Shown piece by piece: positions 9,971 through 19,624 of a stretch of 62,244 nucleotides of DNA. The notes beneath the pieces are model-generated. The model worked only from the letters and a program-made list of their open reading frames with translations, searched no databases and was not told the DNA's origin. The stretch is from positions 1 through 62,244 of the forward strand of contig JBEGVQ010000090.1 in NCBI GenBank assembly GCA_041178345.1, read 5' to 3'. How positions within the stretch are numbered: position 1 is the first letter of the stretch; every line of letters begins with the position of its first letter. The position numbers and the translations under genes were made by a program. The DNA comes from Acidobacteriota bacterium. Its GTDB lineage: Bacteria > Acidobacteriota > Vicinamibacteria > Vicinamibacterales > UBA2999.

Positions 9971-10031
9971 CACGCCCTTCGTGCCGCCCGTACGATGGGA
10001 GCTTGCCATCCCGTGTTGTCAGGCTGCAGTC

Positions 10032-10682
10032 ATGATCCATTGGTTTCGTGCTCGTACGAGCACTTTGCTCAATCTCGTGCGTCACTGGGCACCCGTCCGC
10101 CGCGTCGCCACCGCGCAGTTGCCGACCGAGTTCGGTGAGTTCACGATTCACGTCTTCGAGAACGGGCTGGGCGGCGGCACCCACGTCGCCATGGTGCGCG
10201 GCGAGATCGGCGACGGCGAGAACGTGCTGGCCCGCGTCCATTCCTCGTGCCTGACCGGCGACATCTTCCACTCGGCGCGATGCGACTGCGGCGAGCAGCT
10301 GCACGCGGCGCTCCAGCGGATCTCGGACGAGGGCCGCGGCGTGCTGCTGTATCTCAACCAGGAGGGCCGCGGCATCGGCCTGGCGAACAAGATTCGCGCC
10401 TACGCCCTGCAGGAGGCCGGCTGCGACACGGTCGAAGCCAACGCCCGCCTCGGCTTTCCGGCCGACCTGCGCGACTACCGCGCGGCCATTCGCATGCTGC
10501 AGGATCTTGGCGTGCGCTCAACCCGCTTGATGAGCAACAACCCGCGCAAGCTGGCGGGCATCACCGGCGAGGGCCTGTCAGTGAGCGAGCGCCTGCCGAT
10601 TGAGATCCTGGCCAACGCGGCCAACCAACGCTACCTGAAGACCAAGAAAGACAAGCTCGGTCACCTGCTCTCATCGGTGTAG
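10032..10682 (+). CDS. ribA: Stand-alone GTP cyclohydrolase II (RibA-like, no DHBP synthase domain)
   Basis: RVHSSCLTGDIFHSARCDCGEQL (Zn cysteines), QEGRGIGLANKI.AY.LQ, D.RDY, SNNPRK, YL.TKK.KLGH. Confidence 0.93.
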   Translation: MIHWFRARTSTLLNLVRHWAPVRRVATAQLPTEFGEFTIHVFENGLGGGTHVAMVRGEIGDGENVLARVHSSCLTGDIFHSARCDCGEQLHAALQRISDEGRGVLLYLNQEGRGIGLANKIRAYALQEAGCDTVEANARLGFPADLRDYRAAIRMLQDLGVRSTRLMSNNPRKLAGITGEGLSVSERLPIEILANAANQRYLKTKKDKLGHLLSSV

Positions 10683-10685
10683 CCG

Positions 10686-12254
10686 GTGTTCGCCGCCGCC
10701 GCCCTGCTGTTGCTGAACGCGTCGCTGACGTTCGGCAATGTCTGGCCCACCCCGAAGATTCGCTGGGAGAATGCGCTGTCGGTGGAACTCGCCGTGTGCG
10801 TACTGCTGCTGGCGGTGGCACACCAACGGGCCGAGCGCCTGGCCCGGCGCCTGCTGCCGGTGCTGTGGGTCCTGCTGGTTGCAGGCCATTACCTCGATGT
10901 GACGGCCCCGGGTCTGTACGGCCGCGACTTCAACCTCTATTGGGATTCCCGCCACCTGGGCAACGTCACCGCCATGCTGGCGCGCGCCGTGCCGGCGTGG
11001 CAGATCGTGGCGGCGGCGGCCGGCCTGGTGACTGTCATCGCGGCCGTGTCCCTGCTGTCCCGGCTCGCCCTCCGGCATCTCGCCGCCGCCGTGCAGCACC
11101 GCCGCGCGCGGCTCGTGCTCGGGTCGGCGGCGGCGCTCGTGATTGCCGCCTTCGCGCTGCAGCAGTTCACGGCGTTCGTGCCGGCCCAGCCGGCGTTTGC
11201 CGATCCCGCGACCGGCGCCTATTTGCGCCAGGCGCGCTACGTCGTGGCCATGGCCGCGACGGGCGGCGCCTCGCCGGTGCTGGGCGACAGCCCTGACTTT
11301 GGCGCCGCTGAGTTGCGCGGCCTCGACGGAGCGGATGTCGTGCTGGTGTTCCTGGAATCCTACGGCGCGGTCACGTTTGACAACCCGGCGTTTGCCGACA
11401 CGCTGGCGGCGACCCGGCGCAACCTGGAAGCCGCGGCCCGCGACGCCGGTCGCGAGTTGCTCTCGGCCTATGTCGAATCGCCCACTTTCGGCGCGTCATC
11501 GTGGCTCGCGCATCTCAGCCTGCTCACCGGCGTGAAGGTCACCGATCAATACGAGTACACCTCGTTGATGGCATCGTCTCGCGACACCATCGTGAAGGCG
11601 TTCGGCCGCGGCGGCTATCGCACCGTGGCGTTGATGCCGGGCATGCGACAACCGTGGCCCGAAGGCGCGTTCTACGGCTTCGACGAAATCTACGGGCGTG
11701 ACCTGCTGGCGTACCAGGGCCCCGAGTTCGGGTGGTGGGGCATTCCCGATCAGTTTGCGCTCGCCCGGCTCGATGCGCTCGCGCGCACCGCTGCGCCACG
11801 GCCACCGCTGTTCGCGGTGTTTCCGACCAGCACCTCGCACGCGCCGTTTGGCCCGGTGCCGCCGTTTCTGCCGGAGTGGTCACGCGCGCTGCAGGCAGAC
11901 GGCTACCGTCCCGAGGACGTCGCGCGTGCCGCAGCGCCCAACCTGACCGACCTGGCGCCGAGCTACTTGAGCGCGATCGCCTACGGCTACGACACGCTGG
12001 CCGGCTACCTCCGCGCCCATGCGGGCGAGAACCTGGTGGTGATTGTGATTGGCGATCACCAGCCGCCAGCGGCGGTGAGCGGCCGCACCGCGGTCCGTGA
12101 TGTGCCAGTGCATGTGATTGCCAGCCAGCCTGGGTTACTGAGCCGTCTGCGCGAGAGCGGCTTCCACGACGGCCTCGCGCCAGGTCGGCCTGGCGCCGGC
12201 GAGATGCACGCGCTGGCGCCACGGTTGTGGGAGGCGTTCAACGCCGGCCGGTGA
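10686..12254 (+). CDS. Membrane-anchored sulfatase / LTA-synthase-like (AlkP superfamily) hydrolase/transferase
   Basis: ~5 N-terminal TM helices; VVLVFLESYG, SPTFGASSWLAH, TSHAPF, GDHQP metal motifs. Confidence 0.8.
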   Translation: MFAAAALLLLNASLTFGNVWPTPKIRWENALSVELAVCVLLLAVAHQRAERLARRLLPVLWVLLVAGHYLDVTAPGLYGRDFNLYWDSRHLGNVTAMLARAVPAWQIVAAAAGLVTVIAAVSLLSRLALRHLAAAVQHRRARLVLGSAAALVIAAFALQQFTAFVPAQPAFADPATGAYLRQARYVVAMAATGGASPVLGDSPDFGAAELRGLDGADVVLVFLESYGAVTFDNPAFADTLAATRRNLEAAARDAGRELLSAYVESPTFGASSWLAHLSLLTGVKVTDQYEYTSLMASSRDTIVKAFGRGGYRTVALMPGMRQPWPEGAFYGFDEIYGRDLLAYQGPEFGWWGIPDQFALARLDALARTAAPRPPLFAVFPTSTSHAPFGPVPPFLPEWSRALQADGYRPEDVARAAAPNLTDLAPSYLSAIAYGYDTLAGYLRAHAGENLVVIVIGDHQPPAAVSGRTAVRDVPVHVIASQPGLLSRLRESGFHDGLAPGRPGAGEMHALAPRLWEAFNAGR

Positions 12255-12314
12255 CCTCGTCGAGACCGTGCCAACCGCGCCGCGAGCCCGGCGGTCGTGC
12301 GCAGCGGCGCCCGG

Positions 12315-12764
12315 TCAGGCTTGCGACTTCGAGTCGCCGAGGCCTGGTGGCGCGTACAGGAACCCGAACGACTGCGCGCCCTGGCGGCTGTGCGTCTTGT
12401 GGTGCACCAGGTGGGCCATGATGATCCGCCGCAGGTAGGCCCACTGCGGGATCCGCCGCAGCGTCACGCGCCTGTGCACGACGATGTCGTGGAAGAGGAA
12501 GTAGATGACGCCGTAGCCGGTCATGCCGAGGCCAACGGGCAGCATCCACGAGCCATCGCGCACGCCGGCGTCGATCAGCAGGATCGACGGCACCGCGAAC
12601 AGCACGCCGAACAGGTCGTTCCACTCGAAGAACCCGCGGTGCGGCACGTGATGCGACCGGTGCAGGAACCAGAGCGGACCATGCATCAGGTACTTGTGCG
12701 CCAGGTAGGCCACCCCCTCCATGGCGAGGAGCGCGGCGAGGAATAAAGCGACGAATCCGATCAT
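12315..12764 (-). CDS. crtZ: Beta-carotene hydroxylase (non-heme di-iron)
   Basis: ME..AY.AHKYLMHG.LW.LH.SHH, FEWNDLF, FHDIVVHRR, HLVHH, SFGFLYA. Confidence 0.92.
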   Translation of the reverse strand: MIGFVALFLAALLAMEGVAYLAHKYLMHGPLWFLHRSHHVPHRGFFEWNDLFGVLFAVPSILLIDAGVRDGSWMLPVGLGMTGYGVIYFLFHDIVVHRRVTLRRIPQWAYLRRIIMAHLVHHKTHSRQGAQSFGFLYAPPGLGDSKSQA

Positions 12765-12787
12765 CTGATCACTGAGGCTAGCACGGT

Positions 12788-13735
12788 TCAGTTGGGCAGC
12801 ACTGGCCGTTGCCAGAGCCCCTCGCGCGCGGCCATCGGGGCGAACCGGGAGACGTGACGTGCCCACGCCGCCTCAACGAACGCCTGCATGAGTCGACGCA
12901 ATTTGTGCCCGCTCGACGTCGACACCCGCTCGTTCCACGCCTGCCCGCGGCGGCGGCGCACTTCATGGCCGATGTCGGCGTAAACATGGCGCGCCGTGGC
13001 AATGGCCCAGGCGCTTCGGAAGGGCAGACGCGGGACGCCCATTGACGCCGACCGGTAGTAACGATCGGCCTCGTCGAGCAACCGGCTGACGACCGCCACA
13101 ACCGCCGCCCGGTTCTCCGGGTTCATCAGGCGCGCGGCGTCGGCGACGCCACCGGCCTGGCGCAACCACTCTCCGGGCAGATAGACCCGGCCGGCGGCCG
13201 CGTCATCACCCACGTCGCGGGCAATGTTCGTGAGCTGGAACGCGAGCCCAAGGTCGCAGCCGCGCACCAGCGTCGGTTCGTCGCGGACGCCCATGAGCCA
13301 CGCCATCATGAGCCCGACGACCCCGGCGACGTGGTAGCAGTATTCCAGGGTGTCGTCGAGCGACCCGTACTCCCGCCTCGCCACGTCCATCGCAAACCCG
13401 TCCAGGTGCGCGTGCACGTAGGCGGCCGGGAGGCCGGTCTCGCGCACCACGTGGGCGAGCCCGGCAAAGGGCGCCAGGTCAGTGGCGCGCCCGGTGAGTG
13501 CCTGCGCGGTCTGCGCGCGCAACGCGGCCAGCGCGGCGCCGCCCTGCGTCCCGGTGGCGATCGCGCCGTGCCCCAGCACCTGCCCGTCCACCACGTCGTC
13601 GCAGTGCCGGCACCAGGCGTAGAGCTGCCAGACGAGGAGGCGGGTGCGGCGGTCGAACAGCTGCGATGCGGCCGCGAAGCTCTTCGACCCCCGCCGGATC
13701 GCCGCATTGGCAAACGGCGGACCCGTCGGGGTCAT
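12788..13735 (-). CDS. crtB: Phytoene synthase
   Basis: GSKSFAAAS.LF, LYAWCRHCDDVVD, YCYHVAGVVGLMMA, LGLAFQLTNIARDV.DDA..GRVYLP; ATGA overlap with crtI. Confidence 0.95.
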   Translation of the reverse strand: MTPTGPPFANAAIRRGSKSFAAASQLFDRRTRLLVWQLYAWCRHCDDVVDGQVLGHGAIATGTQGGAALAALRAQTAQALTGRATDLAPFAGLAHVVRETGLPAAYVHAHLDGFAMDVARREYGSLDDTLEYCYHVAGVVGLMMAWLMGVRDEPTLVRGCDLGLAFQLTNIARDVGDDAAAGRVYLPGEWLRQAGGVADAARLMNPENRAAVVAVVSRLLDEADRYYRSASMGVPRLPFRSAWAIATARHVYADIGHEVRRRRGQAWNERVSTSSGHKLRRLMQAFVEAAWARHVSRFAPMAAREGLWQRPVLPN

Positions 13736-15243
13736 GCTCCGGACCGCTCGGCCGCGAGGTCCGCGATCATCAACCCGGCCGTGGCAATCGCCGAGTTCAC
13801 GACACCGGGTACGCCGGCGCCGGGGTGGGTGCCGGCCCCGACGAAGTACAGGTTCGCAATTCTGTCGTCGCGATTGTGGACGCGGAACCAGGCGCTCTGC
13901 GTCAGGACCGGCTCGAGCGAGAACGCCGACCCATGGTGCGCGTTCAGCTGCTGCTGGAAGTCGAGCGGGGTGAAGATGCGGCTGGTCACCAGGTCGTTGC
14001 GCAGGTTCGGGATATAGCGCGCCTCGAGATACTCGAAGATCCGGTCGCGGTAGCGGGGCCCTTCGACCGCCCAGTCCACGTCGGAGATGCCCAGGTGCGG
14101 GACCGGCGAGAGGACGTAGAACGCCTCGCATCCCTCGGGCGCGAGGGACGGGTCACTGAGCGTCGGGGCGTGGAGGTAGAGCGAGAAGTCGTCGGCCAGC
14201 GTGCCGGCGTCGAAGATGTCGTGCAGCAGTGCTTTGTAGCGCGGCCCGAAGATGACGTTGTGATGGGCCAGGTGCGGGTGGCGTTGCTTGGTCCCGAAGT
14301 AGATCAGGAACAGCGACATGCTGAACTGTCGCCCGGCCATCGAGCGGCCCATCCTCACGCCGCGCGGGTCGTTCCGCATCAGCTTCTGGTAGGTGTGCAC
14401 GACGTCGGCGTTGCTGCCGACCGCGTCGGTGGCGATTTCCTCACCCGCCGCGGTGCGGACCGCCACGACTCGTCCGTCGCGCGTGACGATCTCGTCCACC
14501 GGGGTGTTGAGGCGGATGGTCCCGCCAAGCCGCTCGAACAGCGCGACGAGCGCGCGCACCAGCGCGCCGGTGCCGCCGCGTGGAAAGGTCACGCCCCATC
14601 GCCGCTCGAGGGCGTGAATCAAGGTGTAGATCGATGACGCCGAGAACGGATTCCCGCCGACGAGCAGGGAGTGGAAGCTGAAGGCCTGGCGCAGGTGCTC
14701 GTCCTTGATGTAGCGCGCGACCATCGCGTACACGGAGCGGTAGGCCTCGAGTCGCACCAGCTCCGGCGCCACCCGGATCATGCTCCAGATGTCGAGGAAT
14801 GGCACGTGGGCCAGTTCGGTATAGCCCGCCTTGAAGACCGCCTCGGCGTAGTCCAGGAACTGCACGTAGCCGTCGGCGTCCGAGGGGCTGCGCTCCCGGA
14901 TCTGGCGCAGGACTGACTCGAGGTCGTTCGAGTAATCGAACACGTGCCCGTCTTCCCAGAAGAGGCGATAGAACGGCAGGACCGGGATCAGGTCGACGTG
15001 GTCTGCGAGCTTTTCCCCCGCCAGCGTGAAGAGGTCCTCGAGGCATCCAGGCGCGGTGATGACCGTGGGACCGGCGTCAAAGGTGAAGCCCTGGTCCTCG
15101 AACACGTAGGCCCGCCCGCCCGGCTTGTCGCGCTGCTCGAGGATCGTGGTCGCGATTCCCGCTGCCTGCAGGCGAATCGCCAGCGCGAGGCCGCCGAATC
15201 CGCTGCCAATCACAATCGCTCGTCGTCTCGTCGTCATCGTCAT
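13732..15243 (-). CDS. crtI: Phytoene desaturase (CrtI)
   Basis: VIGSGFGGLALAIRLQAAG, GFTFDAGPTVIT, LLVGGNPF, FYVLSPVPHLG, GAGTHPGAGVPGV. Confidence 0.96.
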   Translation of the reverse strand: MTMTTRRRAIVIGSGFGGLALAIRLQAAGIATTILEQRDKPGGRAYVFEDQGFTFDAGPTVITAPGCLEDLFTLAGEKLADHVDLIPVLPFYRLFWEDGHVFDYSNDLESVLRQIRERSPSDADGYVQFLDYAEAVFKAGYTELAHVPFLDIWSMIRVAPELVRLEAYRSVYAMVARYIKDEHLRQAFSFHSLLVGGNPFSASSIYTLIHALERRWGVTFPRGGTGALVRALVALFERLGGTIRLNTPVDEIVTRDGRVVAVRTAAGEEIATDAVGSNADVVHTYQKLMRNDPRGVRMGRSMAGRQFSMSLFLIYFGTKQRHPHLAHHNVIFGPRYKALLHDIFDAGTLADDFSLYLHAPTLSDPSLAPEGCEAFYVLSPVPHLGISDVDWAVEGPRYRDRIFEYLEARYIPNLRNDLVTSRIFTPLDFQQQLNAHHGSAFSLEPVLTQSAWFRVHNRDDRIANLYFVGAGTHPGAGVPGVVNSAIATAGLMIADLAAERSGA

Positions 15244-16379
15244 CCCATCAGGCGCGGGTCGCGCAGGTGCGCGAGCGCGCGGAGTACCGGCACCGGGGGC
15301 CGGCCGGTCATCAGCCGGACCTGGTCCGAACGCGTCAACTGCGCCGCGTAGAAGCGGGCGATCAGGCCGGCCGGGCGGCGATAGAACTGCTCCAGCACCC
15401 GCACCCGCTCGGCGGGGCGGGCCGCGCGGAACAGCAGTCGATTGAGGAGCCGGAAGAAGCCACGGGCTTTCCACCGGGCGGTCGCGAACCCGCGGAGCGC
15501 GCCGGCAGTCTGGGCCGGGTCGCCGAGCGCAAGCTGCGTCAGCAGGTCAGCCGTGGCCACCGCATCGGGGAGCGAGTAGCCCGTCGTCGGGTGAAAGAGA
15601 CCCGCGCGCATGCCGATGCGCGGCTGCTCGTCTGGCCAGAACGCGTCGATCGAGCCACCGAGCGGCAGCGGCAGGCTCCCGACCTCTTCACGCACGAGCG
15701 CGCGCGGCGGCCAACCGCGGGCTGCCACATAACTCGCGATCGCGGTACGCGCCGTGTCCACGTCCACCGCCGGATGGTCCGCGTAGCAGGTGTCCTCGAC
15801 GAGTAACCGCCGCGGCGTGAACGGCAGCACGTACACGAAGCGGTAGCCGTTGTCCTGCGCCACCGTCGCGTCCATGATCGTCGGCGTGGTGACGCCGTGA
15901 TCCTGCTCGAACTCGAGTTCCTGGCCCAGAAACGTCTGCCAGCCGCACGGCACGCTCACCGGCAAATCGCCACGTCCATCAATCACGACTGACGCCCGCA
16001 GCACGTCTCCGGTTCCCAACACCACATGATCCGGGGCCACATGCGCGATTGGGGTGTCCAGGAGGAGGTTGTCGCCAAGCGCCGGCGCGATCACGTCGTG
16101 AAGGCGCGTGGACGTGATCGACGCGTAGGGCCCGGCGATCGTGCGGGAGTGTCCCGGGAAGCGGACGCTGTGTTCGGGCCAGCGGGCGACGACCAGGCGG
16201 TCAAGCCAGTCGCGTGCAGGGCCTGCGAGGTCGGTGTCGTGGAACGACCAGGTGTGATTGCCACCGAGCGTTGGGCCGCGCTCGATCAGGCGGACGCGCA
16301 CATCGCGCCTGGTGCTGACCAGGCGCCATGCGGCGAGGCTGCCGGCGAGCCCGCCACCTGCGATTACGACCTCGACCAT
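15240..16379 (-). CDS. crtY: Lycopene beta-cyclase (CrtY)
   Basis: IAGGGLAG, GGNHTWSFH, Q.FLGQE, MDATV.Q..GYRFVY.LP, AGLFHPTTGYSLP, LI.RFYA. Confidence 0.95.
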   Translation of the reverse strand: MVEVVIAGGGLAGSLAAWRLVSTRRDVRVRLIERGPTLGGNHTWSFHDTDLAGPARDWLDRLVVARWPEHSVRFPGHSRTIAGPYASITSTRLHDVIAPALGDNLLLDTPIAHVAPDHVVLGTGDVLRASVVIDGRGDLPVSVPCGWQTFLGQELEFEQDHGVTTPTIMDATVAQDNGYRFVYVLPFTPRRLLVEDTCYADHPAVDVDTARTAIASYVAARGWPPRALVREEVGSLPLPLGGSIDAFWPDEQPRIGMRAGLFHPTTGYSLPDAVATADLLTQLALGDPAQTAGALRGFATARWKARGFFRLLNRLLFRAARPAERVRVLEQFYRRPAGLIARFYAAQLTRSDQVRLMTGRPPVPVLRALAHLRDPRLMG

Positions 16380-16443
16380 CTGGACTGGCTAGGGTAGCAC
16401 GCGGGTTCGCCGCGCTCTGTATACTGCCTTGGTAGGGTCCCGC

Positions 16444-17394
16444 ATGGAAGAATCTACTCCACGAGTGCTCGTCGTGCACGAGGCCGCGCGGTGCATCGAC
16501 CGACGCGAGGTGCTGGCCGGTGCGAGCATTCAGGTGCCCCGAGCGGCGATCGTCGGCCTCCTCGGCCCGAATGGCGCAGGCAAGACCTCGCTCCTGCGCG
16601 CGATCGCGGGCCGGCTGCGGCTCGACGCCGGTGAGGTTCGCATCGACGGCCTGCTGCCGCCCGCGGCACGACGGCTGGGGCGTCTCGGGATCGTGCCGCA
16701 GGAGATTGCCCTGTTCGCCCACCTCACGGTCGAAGAGAACCTGTCGGTGCTCGGGCGCCTGGCGGGGGTGCCGCCCGCCGCGCTGCGCGAGCGCGTGCGC
16801 GATGGCCTCGAATGGGCCGGCCTCGCCGATCGCTCGGACGCGATCGTCGCCACGCTGTCCGGGGGCATGAAGCGACGGGTGAATCTCGTCGCAGGCATGC
16901 TCCACCGTCCCGCGCTGCTGCTGCTCGACGAGCCGACCGTCGGCGTGGACGCCGACGCCCGGGCCCGGCTGCACGAACTGCTGCGGGCACTGCGGCACCA
17001 GGGCATCGGCCTGCTCATCGCGACCCACGATGCCGATGAGGCATCGGCGCTCTGCGATGACGTGGCGGTCATGGTCAACGGACGCGTGGTCGCGCAGGCA
17101 CCCATTGCGCACCTGGTGCGCGACGTCTTCGGCGATCGCCGCGAAGTCTCTTTGGTGATCGAACCGCCGGTATCCCCCGCCTGTGACGCGCTGCTGCGCC
17201 ACGAGCGTTTTCAGCCGGCCGGCAGGGGGCGGTGGGTGAGCCGCGGCAGCGCCGCCCACGCGGACCTCGACGTGCTGCTTCGCCGGCTGGCGGCCGCGGG
17301 CGGCCGAGTCGTCGAGACCCGCATCGCCGAGCCGCACCTGCGCGGGGCCGTGGCCCTGCTGGTCGAGCAGCACGGCAGCCGGCAGGCGGCATGA
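16444..17394 (+). CDS. ABC-2 type exporter, ATP-binding subunit
   Basis: GPNGAGKT, VPQEIAL, LSGGMKRR, LLLLDEPTVGVD, ATHD. Confidence 0.92.
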   Translation: MEESTPRVLVVHEAARCIDRREVLAGASIQVPRAAIVGLLGPNGAGKTSLLRAIAGRLRLDAGEVRIDGLLPPAARRLGRLGIVPQEIALFAHLTVEENLSVLGRLAGVPPAALRERVRDGLEWAGLADRSDAIVATLSGGMKRRVNLVAGMLHRPALLLLDEPTVGVDADARARLHELLRALRHQGIGLLIATHDADEASALCDDVAVMVNGRVVAQAPIAHLVRDVFGDRREVSLVIEPPVSPACDALLRHERFQPAGRGRWVSRGSAAHADLDVLLRRLAAAGGRVVETRIAEPHLRGAVALLVEQHGSRQAA

Positions 17395-18638
17395 GGCGGG
17401 CGGTCGTTCGTACTCTCGCCCTGGCGCTCTGGCGGGACCGGGGCGCGCTGGTGATGAGCTTCGTGCTTCCCGTGATTGTGTTCCTCGTGTTCGCCGCCAT
17501 CCTGTCGGGGGCCACGGGGGACGAACTCCGTCTGCGCGTCGTCGTGGCCAACGAGAACGGCGACCCGCTCTCGGCGCGGCTCGCCGCGGCGCTGGCGGGC
17601 GACCGCTCGCTCCGGCTCGTGGCGCCCGTGATGCCGAGCGCGGCCCAGGCGGACGCCGCCGTGGCGGCGGGCACGGCCGACGCCGCCATCGTGGTCCGTC
17701 GCGGCGGGCGGCCGCTCGACGACCTCATCGGTGAAGGTCTGGCGCCAGTGGTGGTGCTCACGCATCCGGCCCGCGCGGTCGCTGGTTCGATCGTGGGTGG
17801 TGCCGTGCAGCGCGCCTACTTCACCGCGATGCCGGACGCGGCGCTCCGCGGGGTGGTCTCGCTCGTGGACAGCGCCATTGTCCAGCTGACCGACGCCCAG
17901 CGAAGCGAGGCCGGCGCTGCCCTCGACGAGATGACCGCCAATCTCGGGACGGGCGGCGCGGAGGCGGATCCTGATTCGGCGGCGCCGTTTGCAGGGTTGG
18001 TGGAGATCCAGCCCTCGGCACGGTCGCGCGGTGCCCTCGACCAGGTGACCTACTACGCGGCCGCCGTCGCCGCGCTCTTCGTCCTGCTGTCGGCCGTGCA
18101 CGGGGCCAGCAGCATCCACGACGATCGCGCGGCCGGGATCGTCGACCGCGTCCTCGCAGGGCCCTCCGGCATGGCCGCGCTCATCGACGGGCGCGCGCTA
18201 TTCCTGGTCGCGCAAGGGATGGCGCAGACGCTGGTCGTCTTCGCCGTGGCCTGGACTACCTACGCACGCCAGTGGCCGGGCGCACTCTGGCCGTGGGGCG
18301 CGATGACCGTTGCGCTTGCGGCCGCCTCGGCGGGGCTGACCCTGCTCGTCGCCTGCAGTTGCCGCAGCACGCGCCAGGCCCAGACCGCCGCCAACGCGCT
18401 GATTCTCGTGGCCGCCGCGGTTGGAGGTAGCATGGTGCCCCGCTACCTGATGCCACCCTGGCTGCAGGCCGTGGGCTGGGCGTCGCCGAACGCGTGGGTC
18501 ATCGAGGGATATTCGCGGGCGCTCGGGCCGGGTCCGCAGAGCCTGGACAGCGTCTTACCGGCGATCGTTCTTCTCGGCGTGGGAGCGGCCGGGTGGATGG
18601 TGGCCCGCAGGAGAGCGGCTGGATGGGAGACCGAGTAG
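17391..18638 (+). CDS. ABC-2 type exporter, permease with large extracytoplasmic loop
   Basis: LWRDRGALVMSFVLP first TM, long loop, 5 further TMs, GGSMVPRYLMP.WLQ..G..SPNAW; ATGA overlap with the ATPase. Confidence 0.88.
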   Translation: MRRAVVRTLALALWRDRGALVMSFVLPVIVFLVFAAILSGATGDELRLRVVVANENGDPLSARLAAALAGDRSLRLVAPVMPSAAQADAAVAAGTADAAIVVRRGGRPLDDLIGEGLAPVVVLTHPARAVAGSIVGGAVQRAYFTAMPDAALRGVVSLVDSAIVQLTDAQRSEAGAALDEMTANLGTGGAEADPDSAAPFAGLVEIQPSARSRGALDQVTYYAAAVAALFVLLSAVHGASSIHDDRAAGIVDRVLAGPSGMAALIDGRALFLVAQGMAQTLVVFAVAWTTYARQWPGALWPWGAMTVALAAASAGLTLLVACSCRSTRQAQTAANALILVAAAVGGSMVPRYLMPPWLQAVGWASPNAWVIEGYSRALGPGPQSLDSVLPAIVLLGVGAAGWMVARRRAAGWETE

Positions 18639-19624
18639 CGCAGGCGGCGGTAACGCCACCTGCAGAATTGTTCGCCGCGTATTGCGCCAGACTCAAGGCT
18701 GAGGTGGAACAGGCGCTTGACGCCGCGCTGCCCGCGCCACCGGTGTGCCCCGTGCTCGTCGCCGAGGCGATGCGCTACAGCATCACCGTCGGCGGCAAGC
18801 GCATCCGGCCCATCCTCACGCTGGCGGCCGCCGAGGCGGTCGCCAGCGCCAATGGGGCGCGGACGGCCGAGGAGTTCGCCGCCGTGCGACGCATCGCCAT
18901 GCCGGCGGCCTGCGCCGTCGAGATGATTCATACCTACTCGCTGGTGCACGACGACCTCCCGGCGATGGACAACGACAGCATGCGCCGCGGCATGCCGACG
19001 CTGCATGTCGTGTACGGCGACGCGCTCGCCATCCTCGCCGGCGACGGCCTGCTGGCCGAAGCCTTCGCCCTGCTCGCGTCGCCCGGACCGGGCGAAGACT
19101 CGCCGGACGTGGGCCTGCGTCGGCTGCGCGTGATCCAGCAGGTCGGCATGGCGGTTGGCGGCGCCGGGATGGTTGGCGGGCAGGCGATTGACCTCGAATG
19201 CGCGGGGCTCGTGAAGCGACCCGACGGCGGCCGTCTGGCGCTGGACGAGGCGGGCTTGCGCGACATGCATGCGCGCAAAACCGGCGTGTTGCTGCGCGCC
19301 GCGGCGGTCTCGGGCGCGATCATGGCCGGCGGCAGCCCCGCGCACGTTGCGGCGCTCGACTCCTATGCCAGTGAGCTCGGGGTCGTGTTCCAGATTGTTG
19401 ACGACATTCTCGACATCGAAGGGACCTCGGACGTGCTTGGCAAGACGGCCGGGAAGGACGTTGCCAACAGCAAGCTCACCTACCCCGCTGTGTACGGACT
19501 GCCACGTTCGCGGGTGCTTGCCGAAGCAGGCACCCGGCACGCCGTCGCCGCGCTCGAGACGGCCGGAATCGACGCCTGGTGGCTTCGTGAACTGGCACAG
19601 TGGGTGCTTCGCCGGGACTGCTAG
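18623..19624 (+). CDS. crtE: Polyprenyl diphosphate synthase (GGPP synthase, CrtE/IspA type)
   Basis: GGKRIRP, EMIHTYSLVHDDLPAMDND..RRG.PT.H, GMVGGQ..D, KTG, FQIVDDILD, GKT.GKD; crtE assigned from context. Confidence 0.85.
   Translation: MGDRVAQAAVTPPAELFAAYCARLKAEVEQALDAALPAPPVCPVLVAEAMRYSITVGGKRIRPILTLAAAEAVASANGARTAEEFAAVRRIAMPAACAVEMIHTYSLVHDDLPAMDNDSMRRGMPTLHVVYGDALAILAGDGLLAEAFALLASPGPGEDSPDVGLRRLRVIQQVGMAVGGAGMVGGQAIDLECAGLVKRPDGGRLALDEAGLRDMHARKTGVLLRAAAVSGAIMAGGSPAHVAALDSYASELGVVFQIVDDILDIEGTSDVLGKTAGKDVANSKLTYPAVYGLPRSRVLAEAGTRHAVAALETAGIDAWWLRELAQWVLRRDC

Noticed and set aside
9971-10031. att-like direct repeats bounding the pyrB-pyrC insert
   Set aside because: Only weak similarity (GACAC...CCATC) with 29593-29605, and no integrase or tRNA
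10032-10682. Ordinary riboflavin operon
   Set aside because: No ribB, ribE, ribH, deaminase domain or FMN riboswitch; neighbours point to a different pathway
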